A stretch of DNA of 64,000 nt from Octopus sinensis. Lineage: Eukaryota. Positions 37,345-51,637 of this stretch are shown in pieces (position 1 is the first letter of the stretch; each line of letters starts with the position of its first letter). Below the pieces are notes generated by a model, which saw only the letters and a program-made list of their open reading frames with translations, was not told the origin of the DNA and did not search any database. The position numbers and the translations under genes are program-made. The DNA lies in contig NC_043013.1 of assembly GCF_006345805.1 (NCBI RefSeq), positions 27,900,001 to 27,964,000 on the forward strand, written 5' to 3'.

Positions 37345-37825
37345 ACTGATGGTAAGCTGACAAAATCCTTAATGTATTGGATAAAATGCTTAGTGGCATC
37401 TCTTCCAGTTCTTTACATTCCGAGTTCAAATTCTGCCAGGGTCAACCTTACCTTTCTTCCTTTTGGGCGTTGATAAAATAAAGTACCAACCAAATGCTGG
37501 AGCCAATATCCAAATATATATTTCTTTATTGCCCACTGGGGGCTAAACATAGATGGGACAAACAAGGACAGACAAAGGGATTAAGTCAATTACATCAACT
37601 CCTTTGTGTAACTGGTACTTATTTAATCAACCCCGAAAGGATGAAAGGCAAAGTCGACCTCCATGGAATTTGAACTGAGAATGTAACAGCAGACGAAATA
37701 CTGCTAAACATATCGCCCGCCCGGCATGCTCACACTTCTGCTAGCTCGCCATCTTTATCCAAATATAATCAACTAACAACCTCTCCACAAGATTGCTGAA
37801 CCTGTGCCAAAATTTGGAACAATAT
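37345..37825 (+). mobile_element. SINE family D interrupted by an antisense D-variant
   Basis: GAGTTCAAATTCTGCCAGGGTCAAC..GATAAAATAAAGTACC, resumes at 37768. Confidence 0.8.
37519..37755 (-). mobile_element. SINE family D variant (different tail) with 12-bp TSD
   Basis: TSD TATCCAAATATA at 37507-37518 and 37756-37767. Confidence 0.92.
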
Positions 37826-38782
37826 TCTTTGTCGCTTCATCCTGAGAATTACTTGTCTCAGCCACACAAACTGACCTTTTGTTTAGTTGGCAGACTTAAA
37901 CATATTTGTTGTATCTAATTTTTCATAAATTTTCGTTCATGGGCACCCTGAAGAGAGCAAACCCGTTGATAATGTACTGAAATTATCCTTCATCTTCAGT
38001 CAACAGCTGATGAGAAGAAATGGTTTCATGTCTGTATCTTGTCTGGTGCATTTTACCAGTTGACTTGTGCTTCACTTTTTTATCTGTTAATGAAAGTTAA
38101 TTAAGCGATGCCAACAGTATCTTCGCTTGCACCTCAACCCACCATCAGCAATAGGAACCATCATTATGCTGTAGGAAACAACAGTCTAAAGTTATTTCTA
38201 CTGACAAACCCAAAACCCACACAAGAACTAGCACAAGATAGCCAAATGCTTCAGGTGTCTATCAGTATTTACAACAGACTAACTACACTAACAAGCAACT
38301 CTACAGAGTCAGCGTGAACTACTCTATCTCTGATCACCAAGCCACCTTCTAATGGGTTATGCTCTTCTCTTTCAAATGTGGCAATCAATTTAAAAAAAAA
38401 TAAACAGCTATACAATGGTGGAATTTTAGCTACCCATGGTTTTAACATGGCTTTCTATTCAACTTCTGACATTATAGTGAAGAGTAAGTGTTTCATTGCT
38501 AATTGACCCTTCCCCTTCATGCCAAACCACTCTGTTCTGAATGTATGGTTGGTGGTGTTTACAATGACATCAGAGCTACAGAAAGTGGCTTAGGAAGTGT
38601 CATGCCACTATAGAAAGCAGTTGGTGTCCATACTACTTTCTATAATACAACATGATTTGGGGAAAAGATATTTTATTCAAACAATTACATCTTGTATAAC
38701 TGAAAGAGCCACATCACTTGAATACTATGGAACACTGAACGAATCACAAACACACAAACACACACACACACCCATGTGCACG

Positions 38783-38814
<32 letters not shown>

Positions 38815-39574
38815 AATATATATGTATATACAGGTATAGACACATACATACACACAAAAGGAAAGGTGAAAATAGAAGGGAAATAATGTTAAAGAAATAA
38901 ACAAATGAAAGTGTATAAAATGTAAGGAGTGAAAAAAAATAAATACGATAAAGATAATAGACAGAGAGAGGAGGGGAGGAATGTGGATAAAATGTATCTT
39001 TGACATGCTGAGAAGCCAAAGAAAAGAAAATTTCTTTTGAAATTCAAAATAAAAGCTTCTCCAATTCAGAGTAACTCAAGTAAAGTCAGGTTTCCTGATA
39101 TTGAGATTGAGTCTTGTAAAACTGATAAAAGAAGGTTTGATACATGCAAGGACATTATCACTATCGAGAGAAAAATAAAAATGTGAACTTGATACATGGA
39201 CAATCTTAAATGTCTAATAGTATTAGAGAGATATTGTAAGCTATGACAGGGAATCGTTTGACTTAATACATTATATTAACACCGTGCTTACTCTTGGCTG
39301 TCTCAAAAGTTCAAATGTTAAGAATCACACAGAGACATGCACACATACACAGCGAGGTTCAAATTCGCTTCGCTTTTCCTCTCTCATACTTGTGGCAATG
39401 AAATAAAAACCAGTAATATCCTAGGGTTCGCTTGGTCTAGTTATACGCTTGGCCTCAAATCTATCCAAAACATATTCCTTAGACAAATGCTATTAAAATC
39501 AACATCAAACCATCCAACCCATGCCAGCTTAGAAAGTGGACATTAAAGGATGATGATCATCATCATGATATATC

Positions 39575-39635
<61 letters not shown>

Positions 39636-39880
39636 TAGGCACTCGTATATTGGTCAATTGAATGGGTATATTATTACTATTAATAAAAAAACAAAAGAAT
39701 ATCTTATTATCATAACAGCAAATTTAGCAATCAGTTTCAAGGCAGAAATTGAGGAAAACTTTGGAAATCATCAGAAAAGGCTGAAAGGAATGGTGTGGAA
39801 TAGAGGACAGATCTACAGATTCAGGGGATGTGGATGTAAGATGATGGGGAGGCCTCTGTGTGTGTGAGAGAGTGTGTATG

Positions 39881-39920
<40 letters not shown>

Positions 39921-40224
39921 TATGTCGATATGTATATATATAAAGAAGTATACAGGCACGCAGATATATATCTGCATATTCACACACACACATGCATATA
40001 TACATACAAACAATGATGATGATGATATATATACACACATACACACACGTTTATACAGCGGTGGTGCCCCAGCATGGCCGCGGCCTTCGGGCTAAAACAT
40101 TTTTAAGGATTTTAAGGATTTATATAAGCATATATATATGTATATACATACACACACGTGTTTATATATATAAGCATATATATATATGCTTATATGTATT
40201 AACACATGTGTGTATGTGCATGTG

Positions 40225-40256
<32 letters not shown>

Positions 40257-40909
40257 TACAAATACATATGTGTACACACACACACACAGCTCAAGTGACA
40301 GTGGTTTGAGAAGCATTCTGAAAGCGCCACCATAGCTAAAACTACAGGAGTCACTCTCAATATAAGTAGCAAACAAAAGCTTTCTATCATGTAATGAAAT
40401 AGATAAATCAAGTTATTTTATCCTTGTCACCACAGCAACTCTCTTTCTTTGTACAGTTCTCACCTTTTACCAAAATGCTGCATTTATTTATTTATTTATT
40501 TCTATGCTTAAATATCAAATTTATCCTATGTCAAACACTTGCAACAATTACAAAGACGGGGAGCATTCTTGCTGATCATGTGACCAACCTTTAACATACT
40601 TATTCAAATAAATGCTTCAGCAAACCACCGTTCATTACAAGTTGTCAGTTTAAAACGTTTTCAGTTAGAATATTTTGTTCCCAAAACCTTTTAGATTCCA
40701 CCACCACCACCACCACAACAACCATCCAATGGTGTGCAATGTGTCATTCAGATCTGCAGCTACCCTGTGTAAATAAAATGGTTTTTGCACAAAAAAAAAA
40801 AAAAGGATTCGTGTTACTCTTGTTTCTGTAAAAAAAAATTCGATAGAAATAAATTGAATGAGAATGAGGCTTGTGCATGTGTGTGTGTGTGAAATATATA
40901 TATAGATAT

Positions 40910-41345
40910 AGGCACAGGCAAGGCTGTGTTGTAAGAAGCTTGTTTCCAAACCACATGGTTCCAGGTTCAGTCCTACTGCATAACACCTTGGGCAAGCTAT
41001 AGCCTCAGGTCGATCACAGCCTTGTGAGTGGATTTGGTAGACAAACTGAAAGAAGCCCATCATACATATGTGTGTGTGTGTGTGTGTGTCTGTGTGTAAA
41101 TTTATGTGTGTGTCTTTGTGTCTATATTTGTCCCACGACACTGCTTCACAACCGGTGTCAGTGAGTTTACATCCCTGTAACCTATCAATTTGGCAAAAGT
41201 GACTGATAGAATAAGTACCACACTTCAAAAAGAAAAAAAAAACCCCAAAAAAACCTGTTTTTTTACGAAAATTTGATTGATTAAAATTCTTCAATGTAGT
41301 GCCCCAGTATGGCCACGGTCAAAAGACTGAAATAAATATAAGACA
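40910..41345 (+). mobile_element. SINE family A
   Basis: GGCTGTGTTGTAAGAAGCTTG..CAGGTTCAGTCC..(TG)n..GCCCCAGTATGGCCACGGTC. Confidence 0.92.
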
Positions 41346-41719
41346 GAAGATAATGGATCTTGCACCAGTTTGGATGAATCAGTGTTTTAGAAGTTCAGTC
41401 AATAGAACTACCTTATAATATTAACTGGCTGAGTATACTAAAATCTATTGTATAATTAATGCAATTAATCTCTGGACTGAGTTGGTAAATCTTTGCAAGT
41501 GACAAGTCTGGGACTTCGAATTACCTGTACAACCCATCCAATGAATTTCCACAATACTTCAATCTGCGTAATTTCACTTCCAAAGGATTGAGTCAACACA
41601 AGGGCAGAAGACACATGCCAGAAGTATTATGTAGCAAATATTGAATCTTATTGTGTGAAACCTAAACATCTTAACTACTTAGCCATGTGTTCATAGGAGC
41701 ATATATAAATATATATATA

Positions 41720-41780
<61 letters not shown>

Positions 41781-41782
41781 AT

Positions 41783-41823
<41 letters not shown>

Positions 41824-41824
<1 letters not shown>

Positions 41825-42075
41825 TGGAGACACATGGCCTAGTGGTTGGAGCAGCGGACTTGCGGTCAAGGGATCATGGTTTCAAATCTCAGACTGGGCA
41901 ATGTGTGTTTATGAGCGAAAGACCTAAGATCCACGCAGCTTTGGCAGAAGGTAATGGCAAACTCTTTTGCCACAACTTTCTCTCACCTGCGATGGACCGG
42001 TGGGGAACCTATATGCCAAGGAAACTGGGAAACTGGCCCTTATGAGCCAGACGTGGCTCAAGAAGCAACAAATAA
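41824..42075 (+). mobile_element. SINE family C, older copy
   Basis: TGGCCTAGTGGTT..CACAACTTTCTCTCAC..TGCGATGGAC..ATGAGCCAG. Confidence 0.8.
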
Positions 42076-42134
42076 CAAACAAAACAATATATACACACAC
42101 ACATATGCTGATATATGCTGGTATGAGCTCAAGG

Positions 42135-42415
42135 TGTGTGGCATCTTGGGCAAGTATCTTTTATTATAGCCTTGAGCTGACCAAAGCCTTATGAGTGGAT
42201 TTGGTAGATGGAAACTGAAAGAAGCTCATCATGTGAGTGTGTGTGTGTTCCCCACCACTGTTTGACATCCAGTGGTGGTTTGTTTACATACTCGTAACTT
42301 AATGGCTCGACAAAGGAGATCACTGGGGTAATTCATTTAACTAAAAACGTTTCAAGGCAGTGCTCCAGCATGGCCACAGTCTAATGACTGAAACAAGTGA
42401 GAAATAAAAGATTAA
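42135..42415 (+). mobile_element. SINE family A, 5'-truncated
   Basis: TTGGGCAAGT..GTGGATTTGGTAGATGGAAACTGAAAGAAGC..GCTCCAGCATGGCCACAGTC. Confidence 0.88.
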
Positions 42416-42899
42416 GATATCTAATGTGCATGTGTATTTGTGTGTATACATGCTCTCATTCTCCCTCTCTAGCAGCCTTTAGCCATCCACCCTTTCTGAT
42501 CTTCTTACCACCATTGCCGCCATCACCACCACTCTCTTCTCTTCACCTTCTTGAACCTCCATGGTATGCTCTCACACCTCATTGCCACCATCTCTCTCTC
42601 ACTCTCTCCCCATTTTCACCTGATATATTCTCACCTACCCATATATAATATTGGCGAGTCATATATCTCCTTGACAGCAACAAACCTGCTCCTGTCCCTT
42701 CTATAAGATTTTAGCCTCTCAACACGTAGGATAAAGCTGCCCCCTTCTCTTCTATATTCCCACGTAGACAAGGAGGCTTTTTTTTGTTTTCCATGATCAT
42801 CTCATTAGAACTGGTGCCACAAGAAAAGCATTTTTCAATTCAAACCTCTAATAATAGTTTTATTAATTTAAAATGTGATAAAGAAGCTCACTTTCCAAC

Positions 42900-43410
42900 C
42901 ATCATCATCATCATCATTATAATCATTGTTTAATGTCTGTTTTCCATGCTGGCATGGATTGGACAGTTTGACTGGGGACTGGCAAGCCGGGAGGCTGCAC
43001 TGGCAATGTTCGTGATTTGAAATTCACTACCTTTGTATGGCACTTTCAGTTAGTGTCTTTTCCCATAGCCTTTGGTTGATAAAATCCTTGTGAGTGGATC
43101 TAGTAGATAGATGGCAACTGTAATAAATGACTGTTATATGTATAATTGTGTGTCTATGTATGCATGTGTGAAAACATGTGTATGTAGGTGTGTGTGTATG
43201 TATTTCTTTATATTTATACTTGTCTGTGAAACCATTCAACTATGAGCAGTTTCATTCCTGTCAATAGGATGTCTGCTGGCTTTGTACCTTCCAAGACATG
43301 TGGAACAAGATATCCATTACTAGAAAAATAAGCAAGGGTTAGTGAGAGGAAAGGCATCCCACTGTAATAAAAATACTTCAATACTATATTCATCTAATCC
43401 ATGATAGCAT
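42900..43410. mobile_element. Family-B fragment (-, 42900-43010) abutting A-head + B2-tail SINE (+, 43020-43410)
   Basis: TTTCCATGCTGGCATGG; CCTTGTGAGTGGAT; AGGAAAGGCATCC..CATCTAATCCATG. Confidence 0.65.
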
Positions 43411-43634
43411 GGCGAAACAGATGTAGAAACAAATAAATTTATATAAATTCTTAATTTATATAAATCTTTTCTCATTCTTATTTGATTTAAATCAAGTAAG
43501 CAATTCATCCTCATCAATAGACTACAACCAGTCACTTTACTGCAGCTGCACATGAGCATCATAGCATTGGAGGCAATGACCTACCAAACTAAATTTAAGA
43601 GTCAGATTCAATTCTTAGGTCTGTCAAGAGCAAT

Positions 43635-43885
43635 AGGGGTCATAAGACCAGAGTTTAATCCTGTTTCAATGGTATAACACCACTTCGCCCAAAATGGGAT
43701 GCCAGTCCATCACAGGGTTAACTTCCCAGCTACTGGTGGAACTCATTTACAACTGAAAGGATTGCAGCAATATGAAATGAAGTGTTTCGCTCAAGAACAC
43801 AACACACCACTTGATTCAGGAATCGAAATCATGATCATAAGTTTGTGAGTAAAACACCCTTACCACTAGGCCATGTACCTTCACA
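43635..43885 (-). mobile_element. tRNA-derived SINE family E2
   Basis: GGGATGCCAGTCCATCACAGG..GAAATGAAGTGTTTCGCTCAAGAACACAAC..GGAATCGAAA (B box)..ACCACTAGGCCA (A box). Confidence 0.85.
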
Positions 43886-44264
43886 GGCTCCATTCTTGGT
43901 CATTGCTATTTCACTTACTCTGCTAATGCCTTTGAAATGTAGAATATCAATCGAACTTGCAGTACTCACTCACTGACAGATACTCCTGGTGAGAAAAGGA
44001 CTATCAAATTGCCTTTTTATTGCACAAATATATGAGATAAATGAATAGCTTTACTTTTACAGACCCTGGATGGTTGAAAGGTAAAGCCAAAACTACTGGA
44101 ATTTGAACTCAGAATGCTGATACAAGTGATAAACAAACAATACAAATGTGGGGTTAGTATGTGAAGGACTAAAGTTTGCGAAATGCTGCACTAAAGTTAA
44201 TGCTATACCCTGATATTTTTGTTGTTATTCTCATCCTTTTAAAGCTTAGATCTTATATATGTAT

Positions 44265-44630
44265 GTGTAGGTGCAGGCATGATTCTGTGGTAAGAAGCTT
44301 GTTTCTCAACCACATGATTCAGGGTTCAGTCCCACTGCGTGACACCTTAGGCAAGTGTCTTCTATATAGCCTTAAGTGGATTTGGTAGATGGAAGCCTAT
44401 ATTAAATATGTGTGTGTGTCTGTCTGTTTTCCTCCCTCTCTCACTACTTGACAACCAGGGCTGGTGGGCTTATATCCCCATAATTTGGTAGTTTGGTAAA
44501 AGAGACCAATAGAATAAGTATCAGGCTTTCAAAAAATAAGTACTGGGGTTGATACATTCAACTAAAAATTCTTCAAGGTGGTATCCCAGCATGGCTGCAG
44601 TCTAAAGACTGAAACAAATATAAGATACCA
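44265..44630 (+). mobile_element. SINE family A
   Basis: GGGTTCAGTCCCACTGCGTGACACCTTAGGCAAGTGTC..CCAGCATGGCTGCAGTC. Confidence 0.9.
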
Positions 44631-45409
44631 TATATATATATATATATATATATATACAAATACAAATATAACCTTGCATTTTTAGAGGTTATTAATTATA
44701 AAGAGAAAGACAAAAAAAAAAAACAAAGCCAAAAAACCATGGGTGTTAACCGAAATATCAGCCAGCCACTTCTGATGCCAGCACTTGTGGCTGATTATTG
44801 CGTTAATAGTTGACAGAAATGGCATATAACAGTCAGCAGACTGATGTCTGATAGATGTGCAATCCAATAAAGATTCTTGAGAAGAAAACAGAAAACACTA
44901 GGCAATAAATATAATCAACTTCAATGCTGTTCTTTATTGACCAAACTCTCATAAAATATCTCATGTGATTCCAGCCCACCCACAAAAGGAAAGAAAACAA
45001 AAATCTACAGAAATAATAACAACAACAACATGAAACAACAATTGTCTCAATGTTTTTGAGTTTTGTTCTTTGAGCTTACCAAAATCTTTCTCAGAAGGAA
45101 AGATTTTTTTTTTTTAATAGAGGCAAACAAAAAAAAAGAAACAAAAAAAACCAGAAATACTGTACCAATCACATTTTCAACATGTTGCAATCAATTTGCC
45201 ATTTATTATATAAATGACTTATATTAGAATTCTTTGTAATTTTAACGAGAATTTTTTTTTTTAAGCACTATTTTAAAAAGGGCCGGGCTGATGTTTTGGA
45301 CCATCAAATTAAGTGGTAAGAAAAAAGACTGGGGTGAATTATTGACGTGTGTGTGTGTGTGTGTGTGTATGTATGTGTAGATATGTATATATGTATGTAT
45401 ATATGTAGT

Positions 45410-45605
45410 GGAGAAACATGGCTTAGTGGTTTGAGTGTTGCACTCATGATTGTAGGATTGTGGTTTCAATTCGAGAACTGGGCAACACGGTGTGTATTCG
45501 AGCAAAACATTTCAATCCTACGATGGACCCAGCGTCCCATTCAGGTGGGGAATGTATATACCAGAGAATCCAGGAAACCAGCCTTATGAGCCCAGGGCTC
45601 AAGAA
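45410..45605 (+). mobile_element. SINE family E2/C-like, internally deleted
   Basis: TGGCTTAGTGGTT A box; GGTTTCAATTC; CGATGGAC..CGTCCC; TATGAGCC. Confidence 0.7.
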
Positions 45606-46021
45606 GGACCTGTGAGCCTTGCTTTTGTATGTATGTATGCATACATATATGTATTGTATATATGCATCTATATTATTTGTTTATTAATATTCAGGTATTT
45701 TTGTTTTACAGAATTTTAAATATTAAAACTACTTTTTTTGTATCATTAGTACAGAAGTATTAGTTGGCTGTCAGTAAAGGATTAAACAGATACAAGACTA
45801 ATTTTTGCAAGAGAGAAGATCATTATAGATGCTAATCACTACAACATATTAACACAAGTTATTTTATGAACAGTAATGGGTCAAAGTACAAACTCCAAGA
45901 GCCACTAAACAGAACAAAACTAAAGTATGATAACCCAACTGTTATAGCTATCTGTGTGGTTTTGAAATTAACTTTGCACCTACATGGTTTTCAGTTCCAT
46001 CCTACTATGTGGAACCTTTGT

Positions 46022-46336
46022 GGAGGCGCAATGGCCCAGTGGTTAGGGCAGTGAACTCGCGGTTGGAGGATCACGGTTTCGATTCCCAGACCAGGCGTTG
46101 TGCGTGTTTATTGAGCGAAAACACCTAAAAAAGCTCCACAAGGCTCCGGCAGGGGGTGGTGGCAACCCCTGTTGTACTCTTTCACCACAACTTTCTCTCA
46201 CTCTCTCTTCCTGGTTCTTGTGTAATGCTGCGATGGACTGGCATCGTGTCCAGCTGTGGGGAACACATACACCACAGAAACCGAGAAACCGGGCCTATGA
46301 GCCTGGCTAGGCTTGAAAAGAGCAACGTTTATCATT
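46022..46336 (+). mobile_element. SINE family C, full length with 13-bp TSD, inserted in a family-A head
   Basis: Homologous to 32527; TSD TATGTGGAACCTT at 46006-46018 and 46337-46349; host resumes with GGGCAAGTGTC. Confidence 0.95.
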
Positions 46337-46664
46337 TATGTGGAACCTTGGGCAAGTGTCTTTACAGCCTTTGACCAAACAAAAACTTGTGAGTGAAATT
46401 TGATAGGCATAAACTGTATGTCACATGTGTATGTGTATGCATTTGTTTCCATGAGCCTTCACACTGACATCAATTCAGCAATGGTACATTTGCTCACAAT
46501 TCCGTAAACTAGATGTCTTTTATCTTGGTGATGTCAGTAGTTTCATGTACAGACCAATGGAATGGAACTACCAACAGTTGATAGCATAAAAGGCATATGG
46601 GCAAATTGGATGCAACACAATTTCATCAATGCATATTCAAGAAAAACAGTTCCTCATACATACA

Positions 46665-46894
46665 TTAACCTTTCAGTATCCAGAATATTCTGTCAAATGC
46701 AATACTTTTACATTCTTATTGTTTTTAATTAACCATGCATTATTTTGTAGCTCTAAAATTTTGAAGGTGCAATTATATATATTTTTAGAATGGCATTGGA
46801 GAGTAGGCATGATAGGCTGGATCTGGCTGGTTAAAATAATATACAGGTAGCACAATTGGGCCACATATGGCTCGTTTAAATGCTAAAGGGTTAA
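46665..46894 (-). mobile_element. piggyBac-like MITE family F1
   Basis: TTAA-CCTTTCAGTATC...AATGCTAAAGGG-TTAA. Confidence 0.85.
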
Positions 46895-46951
46895 AACATA
46901 TATCTTCAACTTTGCATATAAACACCAGGGTGATTTCTTGAAATATACTCT

Positions 46952-47355
46952 TTCTTTTTTACTTGTTTCAGTCATTTGACTGCGGCCATGCTGGAGCACC
47001 GCCTTTAATTGAGCAACTCGACACCGGGACTTATTCTTTTGTAAGCCCAGTACTTATTCTATCAGTCTCTTTTGCCGAACCGCTAAGTGACGGGGACGTA
47101 AACACACCAGCATCGGTTGTCAAGCAATGCTAGGGGTACAAACACAGACACACAAACACATACACACACTTATATATATATATACATATATATGACAGGC
47201 TTCTTTCAGTTTCCGTCTACCAAATCCACTCACAAGGCATTGGTCGGCCCGGGGCTATTAGCAGAAGACACTTGCCCAAGATGCCACGCAGTGGGACTGA
47301 ACCCGGGACCATGTGGTTGGTTAGCAAGCTACATACCACACAGCCATTCCTGCAC

Positions 47356-47357
<2 letters not shown>
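46952..47357 (-). mobile_element. SINE family A, full length, youngest-looking copy
   Basis: Many CpGs retained; head CCACACAGCCA (A box) and GGGACTGAACC (B box) on minus strand. Confidence 0.96.
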
Positions 47358-47358
<1 letters not shown>

Positions 47359-47440
<82 letters not shown>

Positions 47441-47775
47441 CATATTTGAAAATAGTACATCTTATATGTTATTGATTAAGTACTATACTTGAAAAACAAA
47501 CAAGGGTTGGTAAGAGGGAAAGCAACTAAGTCCGTTCATGACCATGCCAGACACATACATGGCTACCAAATTGATGTTATCTAAATTCCAATGAAAGAGC
47601 CTTATTCCTGGGTTGCTATAAGCTCTTTCTATATTGGTGAGAAATTTAAAAAATAAAATGAGAGTATACATACATATATGTCTACAGAGACATATACATT
47701 CATTTAGTCACTATACACACACACACTTGCACATATATATTTATACATATATAAACAAATACACACACACACACA

Positions 47776-47860
<85 letters not shown>
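47359..47860. repeat. Two (TA)n arrays (47359-47440, 47780-47860)
   Basis: Direct reading. Confidence 0.93.
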
Positions 47861-48559
47861 AACCATCCATATACACACATAAACACATGCATGAGTGTAT
47901 GTGTATGCAGAGACTTTCTCCAAGAAACAGAAGGAAAGGAGGGTCGTAGAGATAATAGCAATAAAATGTAATTATTTACAATTACAAGTGAATAAGAATT
48001 ATAAAATATATAAAAGATCTAAGAAATATTTCTATGGCAACCAAGATTTAATAGCTGACACAGTAAAAAAAATTACAGAAAATTATAAACAGAAATAAAT
48101 TCCAAAGACCACCATCACCAACCTATAAACACCCTACCAACCTTCCCACCTCAAATAATAAAAGTAAAGTTACTTTAAATCTACCATATAGACTTTTACA
48201 TATATACATATATACATAAATACAATATATATATATATATATTATATATATATATATATATACACACTTTTGATTTCTGTAACTACTTCAGAATTTCTTT
48301 AGAAATCTATCAACAGAATACAACAAAAAATTTAAAAAGCCAAAAAATAAATAAATAAAATAATTTTAAAATAATGAAATATTTAAAAGCTTTGACCATT
48401 CTGCACAATAAAAAAAACAATAACATAAACTATAAAAGAAAAATTGCATCTAACATACTATCCATATATTTTTTATTAACTTTTTCCCTTTTAATGAGCA
48501 GGAGTTATGTGCCCTTTAGCTGCTGGCTGTTTCAATGTTTTTAGCATTGTGTCAAGGTA

Positions 48560-48591
<32 letters not shown>

Positions 48592-49250
48592 GTATGTTGG
48601 CAACATTGTCTTGTAAGAAAATAGAACAATATAAGGTGCTTGTGATAACTTCATATTTCTTGAAGTAGCTGGCATAGACTGTATAAACAGAAAACACAGC
48701 AGTACTCAAAGTCAGGATTCTTCCTTTCACACCAATACCACCACCACCACCATACATATCACCACTAACAACATTCACATATACTTACTTGCACAGACTT
48801 ACACACACACACACATGCATGTATATACAAAGTCAAAAGATATACACTGGGGTAGATGTAGACAACAAATACAATATATATATACCCGTATGTATGTGTG
48901 TGTGTGAGCATTCAAACGCAACCACAAATTTAAACAGAAAATACAGTAACACTCAAAGATTAAAATACCTTACACACACTCAATCATAGATACATATACA
49001 TACTCATAGTACATACACACAAATACACACACACACTTACATACAAGACATACATACATATATGTATGCATAAATACATACACATGCAAGACATACATAA
49101 TTACAGACAGACAGATATATGTGAGATGTACAAATTCACAAAACTGCAGATATCTACACAGAGATAGAGACATATTCCCAGAGGTAGCCAAAAACACATT
49201 CACATACACAGTCATAAACAGGACTTGTTGCACGCATGCACGCATGCACA

Positions 49251-49309
<59 letters not shown>

Positions 49310-49846
49310 CAGGAGTTATTCTACACGTACACACAACATTTAAACCATACTGAATCATGAGAAATACAGAAAGAAAACATGCCTTCATGAAGTCTATAAA
49401 AACAAATGCCTGAAAAATATTATTGAAAAATTCTTTGTTAACCAAGCAATATCCAGATAACGGCTCTTAGATTTTACCAGGTTTCTTCAGCAATGTTTTT
49501 ACGACTCTTATTTATTTATTCATTCTTTCTTCTTCCATTCCTCCCCCACCCCCCTCTGCCCTCCGCTTTCCCTACCCACCCCCACCTCCCACATACATCA
49601 TCACTTCTTTGCAGAAATTCCTACATGTTTAGTGTTGATGGCTTTAAAAACAATAAAAAATAAATAAATAAAAAAAAATCTAATCACTTCAAAGACGAAC
49701 TATTTACTTTGAAGTCCAAAATTACTTATTTATATATATAAAAGACACTTTCATTATTTCTTTCTTTATTATATAATATACATACACTTCTTTTTCTTGC
49801 TCTTCTCTTTTTTTCCCATGCGTTTGTGTGCGTGCATTCGTGTGTA

Positions 49847-49903
<57 letters not shown>

Positions 49904-49908
49904 TTATA

Positions 49909-49949
<41 letters not shown>

Positions 49950-50143
49950 CTTTTCTCATTTGTCAATAAAGGACAATTTCTTGAGAATTATTTCTAAGTT
50001 TTCATGAATTAATAAAACTTAATTTCAACAATTTTGAAGTAGTATATACATACTTAACGCACACACACACACACGTGTATATATATATATATGACATTAA
50101 ATGAAGATGATGATGTTGATGATACACACACGCACATATACAA

Positions 50144-50191
<48 letters not shown>

Positions 50192-50700
50192 GCACATATG
50201 AGATTTTTTTTAGTATGGGAAGAAGACACATTCACTGTGGAGAAGAAAAACAACAACAACAACAAACTAAAAACCCATTTTAGCTGGTTTTAACTATTTA
50301 TACCATTTTTATGAAGCATTTTACTTAGCAGTAACAGAAAGTAATAATAGTTTCCTTTTTGTTTTCCTTAGAGAATGGTTCTAAGAGTACTGATAGCATC
50401 ATTGCACACACACACACACATACACACACACACTCATACATATTAAAGAGCAAGTGTACAAGCAATAGAGAGGAGGCAGGGGGCACTTGCATATGGTTCT
50501 TCTACTCGGTACTATACCAGTCTTATCATAAGACAAGATTCTCTTGACAAGGAGGACAAAGCGAAACAAGCTAACGTTGGAAGTACTGAGCTAGGTTATG
50601 GTGGCCTTCCTTGATATCTTTAGATTCTTCATCCAATCTCAATATTTAATTTCATTTTTCTCAGTTCTGCTTGTCTATAACAGAAACAATCATAACAAAA

Positions 50701-50876
50701 GGCACAGGAGTGGCTGTGTGGTAAGTAGCTTGCTTACTAACCACATAGTTCTGGGTTCAGTCCCACTGCGTGGCACCTTGGGCAAGTGTCTCCTACTATA
50801 GCCTCGGGCAGATCAAAGCCTTGTGAGTGGATTTGGTAGACAGAAACTGAAAGAAGCTCATTGTGTGTGTATATAT

Positions 50877-50908
<32 letters not shown>

Positions 50909-51135
50909 TACATGCATGCATGCATGTATGTATGTTTGTGTGTCGGTGTTTGGCCCCCACCATCGCTTGACAATCAATGTTGATGTTTTTAGATCCCCAT
51001 AAGTTAGCGGTTCGGCAAAAGAGACCGATAGAATAAGTACTAAGCTTACAAAGAATAGTCGATTTGTTCAACTAAAAGTGGTGCTCCAGCATGGCTGCAG
51101 TCAAATAACTGAAACAAATAAAAGAATAAAAGAAA
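50701..51135 (+). mobile_element. tRNA-derived SINE family A, full length
   Basis: A box TGGCTGTGTGG, B box GGTTCAGTCCC, CORE-like CACCTTGGGCAAGT, central (TATG)n, 3' GGTGCTCCAGCATGG, AAAAGAAT tail. Confidence 0.96.
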
Positions 51136-51254
51136 ACAATCAGAATGCAAACAACAACAACAGCACCAATAGCAAACAAACCTTGCTGTTTCATTGTGTT
51201 ACACATCTGGTTTGACTATTGTCTGTGATTTTGTTGCTGTTGTTTACCATCTCT

Positions 51255-51637
51255 CCACCACATGGTCCAGTCCTTGTTGCAGCGTGATGATTTGTGTTCC
51301 TCAATGACTTTCAGAGCTATGCCAGCAGAGCACAAACACCTGATAAGGCCACCCATGTGGGACAGGTCAAAGGATGAAGACCACACTAATATGGGTATCC
51401 AGACAAAGGAGAGAGACCAGACTAAAGCCCAGACTAATTTGGAGCACTTCTTCCCAGAAGTAAAAGTGGATTTGCATAGAGCCAACACCTCTACCTTGAA
51501 AAAAAGCAAAGTTACAAAACATCAATGACAATTCAAAACCAACAAGACGTGGGAAAGAGATCCCAGACTGGAGAACAGTGGAAAAAATTCACCAATGACC
51601 TTTACCTCACAGGGAACAAAGGGTTTAAGTAAAGTAA
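51255..51637 (+). mobile_element. Bipartite non-autonomous RTE derivative (5' UTR joined to 3' end)
   Basis: CCTTGT..CTCAATGA..GAGCTATGCC..GGCCCACCCA..GGACAGGTCA resembles BovB/RTE 5' UTR; collinear with 59705-60228; TAAG-like tail. Confidence 0.75.

Noticed and set aside
37850-38075. Possible coding exon or transposase remnant on minus strand
   Set aside because: Best-looking frame has several stops and no motif I can name
40665-41294. Longest ORF (209 aa)
   Set aside because: Antisense read-through of a family-A SINE plus simple repeats; the same peptide words recur at other SINE copies
44756-44780. Resemblance to miR-2 (TATCA..GCCAGC..TGATG)
   Set aside because: Seed differs (ATCAGCC vs ATCACAG) and position in the hairpin does not fit
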